Below, piece after piece: positions 59,176-64,000 of a stretch of 64,000 nucleotides of DNA; position 1 is the first letter of the stretch, and each line of letters begins with the position of its first letter. The stretch is from assembly GCF_009914755.1 (NCBI RefSeq), contig NC_060930.1; one strand, given 5' to 3'. This stretch comes from the human T2T-CHM13v2.0 reference genome, Homo sapiens. A program made the position numbers and the translations under genes. The notes beneath the pieces are model-generated. The model searched no databases. It was not told the origin of the DNA and saw only the letters and a program-made list of their open reading frames with translations.

Positions 59176-59799
59176 CAGGGGTCCCCAACCCCTGGGCCAC
59201 ATACAAGTTAGTTGCTTCTTCAGAACTGGGCTGTACAGTAGGAGGTGAGTGATGGGCAAGTGAGTGAAGCTTCCATCTGTATTTACAGCTGCTCCCCATC
59301 ACCCGCCTTACTGCTTGAGGTCCACCTCCTGTCAGATCAGCAGTGGCATTAGATTCTCATAGGACCGCGAACCTTATTGTGAATTGCAGATGAGAGACAT
59401 CTAGATTGCATGCGCCTCATGGGAAGCTAATGTCTGATGATCTGTCACTGTCTCCCATTACTCCCAGATGAGTATTTGAATTACATTTGTAAGCCTCACT
59501 GTGCTGTACCTTTTATACTCATAGACTCTGTATCTAAGTTAATGAGACATTTTATGTAAATCCTGCCCAGTGAGTCTAGTCTAGTTGCACAAAGACAAGC
59601 TTAGAGCTCCCACTGATCCTACATTATGGTGAGTTCTATAATTATTTAATTATATACTACAATGTAATAATAATAGAAGTAAAGTGCACAATAAATGTAA
59701 TATGCTTTAATTATCCTAAAACCATCCCCCTCCACCATCTGTGGAAAATTTGTCTTCCACGAAACTAGTCCCTGGTGCCAAAATGGTTGGGAACTGCTG
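59176..59799 (+). mobile_element. MER1A (hAT-Charlie3) carrying a ~108-bp foreign insert
   Basis: CAGGGGTCCCCAACC...GGTTGGGAACTGCTG termini, 8-bp flanks CTTTAAAG/CTCTAAGG. Confidence 0.88.
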
Positions 59800-60833
59800 C
59801 TCTAAGGGGAACCATGCTCTCTGTTTCTTTTTGGATCCAAAGTTTTCTGAGCCCGTAGATGCCAAACAAGTGCAAAAAAATTTGAAACTTTTTTCTTTTT
59901 GAGTCTTTTTTTTTGTCTTTGTCTCTGTCTCTTGATTTTATTATATCTTTGTTTTTCATTTACATTCAGATTTCTCTTTTGCTATTTCTGTTTCCCAAGA
60001 TTCCTTTCATTCAACCCATCCTCAAGCAGATATACTTGGAGGACTAGCCTCAAGGGTACTAACACAACCTGAGGAAGGTAAACTGTAAGGAAGTTTAGGT
60101 GAACCTAAAGCATATTCCCTGAATAGAGTGAATCTTTCTGAGATTGCCCACAGTAGAGGTGACAGCACCTGAGTGTTTGAGTTACATTTGTAAGTCTCAT
60201 TGTGCTGTACCTTTTATATTCATTGGCTCTGTATCCTAGTTAATACATTTTCTGTAAATCCTGCCTAGTGAGTCATGCAGACTCAGGTTTCAATTTAGAA
60301 AAGAAGGTAGTTTAAAAAGGATTCATTATCAGCTCAGATGAGCAAGTAAAACCTTGTATAGACCCTTGTAGTCCCTCCTCTTCTGCAGCTGAAGAACAAT
60401 ATCTTTAAGTTAACAGAAAGCATATTAATTGTCAGTTTATCAATCAGCAACTGTTTGCTGATGTGTGTAAGATAATAGAAGCCCTCAAAACAAATGGGAG
60501 AAACTTTTGCAAGTGAAGGAAAAAAGTAGAAAATAAAAATAAGAAGCAAGTAAAACATAGTCAAGAAATAACTTCTGGTTCAATGGAATTGTTTTGTAAG
60601 ATACCAGTGATTCTTCTTTTTGGAGAACAATCATAAAGTACCTCAACCTCAAGCTAACCAAAAATCTAGGTAGACATTCTTGAACACAATTGGGGCAGTT
60701 TTAATTTATTCATTTGGTGAGTAGCAGACTCTCACCAAAGGGCTTTATGTGTGTGGGAAATCATGCCCCCAAATCGCTTTGGAAGAGGGAAGCAGCAGTT
60801 CTCAAGACAGATATGACCCTGTATACCCTAAAA

Positions 60834-61144
60834 CAGCAGTCCCCAATCTTGTGGGGGCCAGGGACTGGTTTCATGCAAGACAATTATTCCACAGACTGGT
60901 GGGGCAAGGTGGTTTTGGGATGAAACTGTTCCACCTCAGATCATCAGGCATTAGGTTTTCATAAGAAGCACACCACCTAGATCCCTTGCATGAGCAGTTC
61001 ATAATAGGGTTCGTGTTCCTATGAAAATCTGATCTGACAGGAGGCGGAGCTCCGGTGGTAATGCTCGGTTGCCTGCCACTCATCACCTGCTATGGCAGGT
61101 CACACATTGTTGCTAGTCTGCGCCCTGGGGTTTGGGGACCCCTG
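60834..61144 (-). mobile_element. MER1B (hAT-Charlie3 MITE)
   Basis: CAGCAGTCCCCAA...TTGGGGACCCCTG termini, 8-bp TSD CCCTAAAA/CCCTAAGA. Confidence 0.88.
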
Positions 61145-61156
61145 CCCTAAGAGGAA

Positions 61157-61652
61157 TGTGAATTAGTTTTTTGTTGTTGCTGTAACAAGTTACCACAACT
61201 TAGTGTATTAAAAATATATTAATAAATGTATTATCTTAAAGTTCTGTAGATCAGAAGTTTAAACTGGGTTTCACTATGTTGGCAGTGTGTGTCCCTTTCT
61301 GGAGAATCTGTTTCCTTGCTCTTTCTGGCTTCTAGGCTTCCTACATTCCTTGGCTTATGACCCTCTTCTTTCATCTTCAAAACAAGCAATGAAAGATCAG
61401 TTCCTTCTCATGTCACTTCGTTCTAATCCTCTGTCATTTAATTGCTCTCTGAAACAGCAGAGAGAGGTTGTTTACTTTTAAGGATTCATGTAATTAAATT
61501 AGGCTCACCTGGATAATCCAGGCTAATCTCTCTAGCTCAAACTCCTAACTTTAATCACATTTGCAAAGTCATTGTTCCCATGCAAAGTAATAGATTCACA
61601 GGTTCTGAGGATTAAAATACGAATATCTTGGAGGGGGGCATTATTCTGCCTA
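61157..61652 (-). mobile_element. MaLR LTR (MLT1)
   Basis: TGCTGTAACAAGTTACCACAACTTAG...AATCACATTTGCAAAGTC...GGGGGGCATTATTCTGCCTA. Confidence 0.8.
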
Positions 61653-62073
61653 TGCAGAATTTTAATTATACTTTCCCCATTTTCCTTCTTTCTTGACTGA
61701 TTTTTGTCACGATTTGGAAAATTATAAATTTCCCAAGAAATGCCAGGAAGGAATTTCCATATGGAAACATGGCAATACAGCCTGGAAAGCACTATGGACA
61801 GTTGCATGGACCTCACAGTAAGGAAATCTAACATAGGCTTCAGGCTGGGGAGAGCTTTATAGACAATGGATGTCATAAATAGGTTTTTGAAGAATATGTA
61901 GTAGTTATCTTTGTGAAAGTTAAGGGAAGAGAGGATTGGAGCCATTAATTCACAGGACTGTGATTAAACTGAGACATACACATTTCATTTTTAGGGGGAA
62001 GTTAAAAATAGTTTAGTATGAGTTCAAATGTAGGAGGAGAGGGATATAAAATTTGAGAGTTAAGCATTGGACC

Positions 62074-62446
62074 TGTGTAAGTCTATTCTCATGCTGTTAA
62101 TAAAGACATATCTGAGACTGGGTAACTTATAAAGGAAAGAGGTTTAATTGACTCACAGTTCAGGATGGCTAGGGAGGCCTCAGGAAAGTTAGAATCATGG
62201 CAGAAGGGGAAGCAACCATGCCCTTCTTCACATGGTGGCAGCAAGGAGAAGTGCCAAGCAAAAGGAGAAAAAGCCCCTTATAAAACCATCAGATTTAGTG
62301 AGAACTCATTATCATGAGAACAGCATGAGGGTAACTGACCCCCATGATTAAATTACCTCCCACAGGGTCCCTCCTGAGACATGTGGGGGTTGTCAGAACT
62401 ACAGTTCAAGATGAGATTTGGGTGGGGACAGAGCCAAACCATATCA
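62074..62446 (-). mobile_element. THE1 (MaLR) solo LTR
   Basis: GAGACTGGGTAACTTATAAAGGAAAGAGGTTTAATTGACTCACAGTT...GAGATTTGGGTGGGGACAGAGCCAAACCATATCA. Confidence 0.92.
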
Positions 62447-62809
62447 GACCAAACATAAAAGTCTAAGAAGCTTTGACTTTTAAGACAACATTAGGAAGTG
62501 CTTGAAGGTTTGTAAACAGTGGCACCACAAAAAAAAAAAAAAAAAAAAAAGCTGTGTTTTTGAGATAGCTTCAGAGGCTACAATACAGAGTGTACATTTA
62601 AATACAATCAATAGATTAAAATGAAATAAACAGGGAAATGGTTTGAGAACATGCATAGTAATCACAATGAGAAACATTACAGTGACTTCAACTAAGTAGA
62701 GCAAGAAAAACACTAATATACAGCTACTGCGAGTGCAAGTGAATGCAGTAAATTTGGAAAAGAGTGTGGCAGTATCTAGTTGAAGATACACTTTTCTTAC
62801 CAGCAATTC

Positions 62810-63779
62810 TGTAATCACTTGACAGGTTCTTCTTGTCTGCTGCGCAGAAAAGCCAATGCAGTGAGAACAGCAGGTTTTGCAGCAAAGAAAGAGTTTAATA
62901 ATTGCAGGGCCAGCCAAGTGGAAGGATGAAAGATAATGCTCAAATCCACCTCCCTGAGCATTTGGAGGCCAGAGTTTTTCAAGGATAGTTTGGTGGACAG
63001 GGGGTAGGGACTGGGGAATGCTAATTTGTTGGGTAAGGGATGAAATCATAAAGGGTCAAAGCTGTCTTCTTGCACTGAGTCAGTTCCTGGATCAGGGGTT
63101 CATGAGACCAGCTGAGCCAGTTTTTTTTGTTGTTTGCTTTTTGTTTTTTTGTTTTTTTGAGACGGAGTCTCACTCTGCCACCCAGGCAATGGTGCGATCT
63201 CGGCTCACTGCAACCTCCACCTCCTGGGTTCAAGCGATTCTCCTGCCTCAGCCTCCTGAGTAGCTGGGATTACAGACGCGCACCACCATGCCTGGCTAAT
63301 TTTTATGTTTTTAGTAGAGATGGGGTTTCCCCATGTTGGTCAGGCTAGCGGCTTTTTGTTTGTTTGTTTGTTTTTTAATGGGTTACCTGTCCAGGTGACA
63401 TCAGCTGGTCCATCAAAATACAGGGTCTAAAAAATACATCAAGCACCAATCTTAGGCTTTACAGTAGTGATGTTATCTATAGGAGCAACTGAGGAGGCTA
63501 CAATCTTGTGACTTCCAGCTACATTATTCCTGAACCATAATTTTAACCTTATGCCTAATTTGTTAGTTTTACAAAGGTAGTTTCAGTCCCTTAGCAGGGA
63601 GGGGTTACTTTTGGGAAGCAGCTATTATCATCTTTGTTTTAAAATTAAACTATGAATTCCTCCATAGTTAGCTTGGCCTATGCCCAGGAATGAACAAGGA
63701 CAGTTTGTGAAGTTAGAAGCAAGATAGTCAGCTATGTTAGATTTTTCTCACTGTCATAATTTTTGCAAAGATGGTTTCA
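62810..63779 (-). mobile_element. LTR8-like ERV1 LTR with a nested partial Alu (about 63121-63346)
   Basis: TGTAATCACTTGACAGGTTCTTCTTG...CTGAGTCAGTTCCTGG...ATTTTTGCAAAGATGGTTTCA. Confidence 0.8.
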
Positions 63780-64000
63780 ATTCCACTCATTTTTGCATAG
63801 AAAATGCATGCTTATGTGTACCAGGATACACATTCAGGAATGTTTAGAGTGGCATCATTTGTAATAACTGAAGGATAGATATAATGTAATAGCTATCAAT
63901 GGCAATATGGTTATACAAACTGTGATGTGTTCATACGTGGAAGTCTGTATTGCAATGAACAGTATCAGGCAAGTGGTCATCCAACAACATAGATGGAATT

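Noticed and set aside
62480-63049. 189-aa ORF, second longest in the window
   Set aside because: Runs through an LTR8-like element and an A-tract; low complexity and no domain.

Overview
Human genomic DNA: Alu/L1-rich, with a human-specific AluYb8. The sequence fits the ZNF322 locus on 6p22 (extended MHC region; location from recall). The only intact protein-coding gene is ZNF322 on the minus strand, with its CpG promoter near 54.2 kb, three or four non-coding 5' exons, a single coding exon encoding a 402-aa C2H2 protein, and a poly(A) signal at 28824-28829. Manual translation also shows several fossils that the ORF track does not name: an intronless POM121-like retro-pseudogene (about 5645-8063, minus) under a retained CpG island, a vomeronasal V1R pseudogene split by two Alus (24979-26487, minus), about 10 dead zinc fingers in the ZNF322 3'UTR, a frameshifted linker relic that now forms an overlapping uORF, a tRNA-Gln(TTG) relic lacking its T-arm, and an unidentified mRNA 3'-end retrocopy inside an L1. 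The rest is interspersed repeat: Alus, L1, L2, MIR, a HERV-K LTR5 solo LTR, MaLR and ERV1 LTRs, and MER DNA transposons. Repeat subfamily names come from recalled consensus sequences and boundaries are approximate unless a TSD is quoted. No database searches were run.
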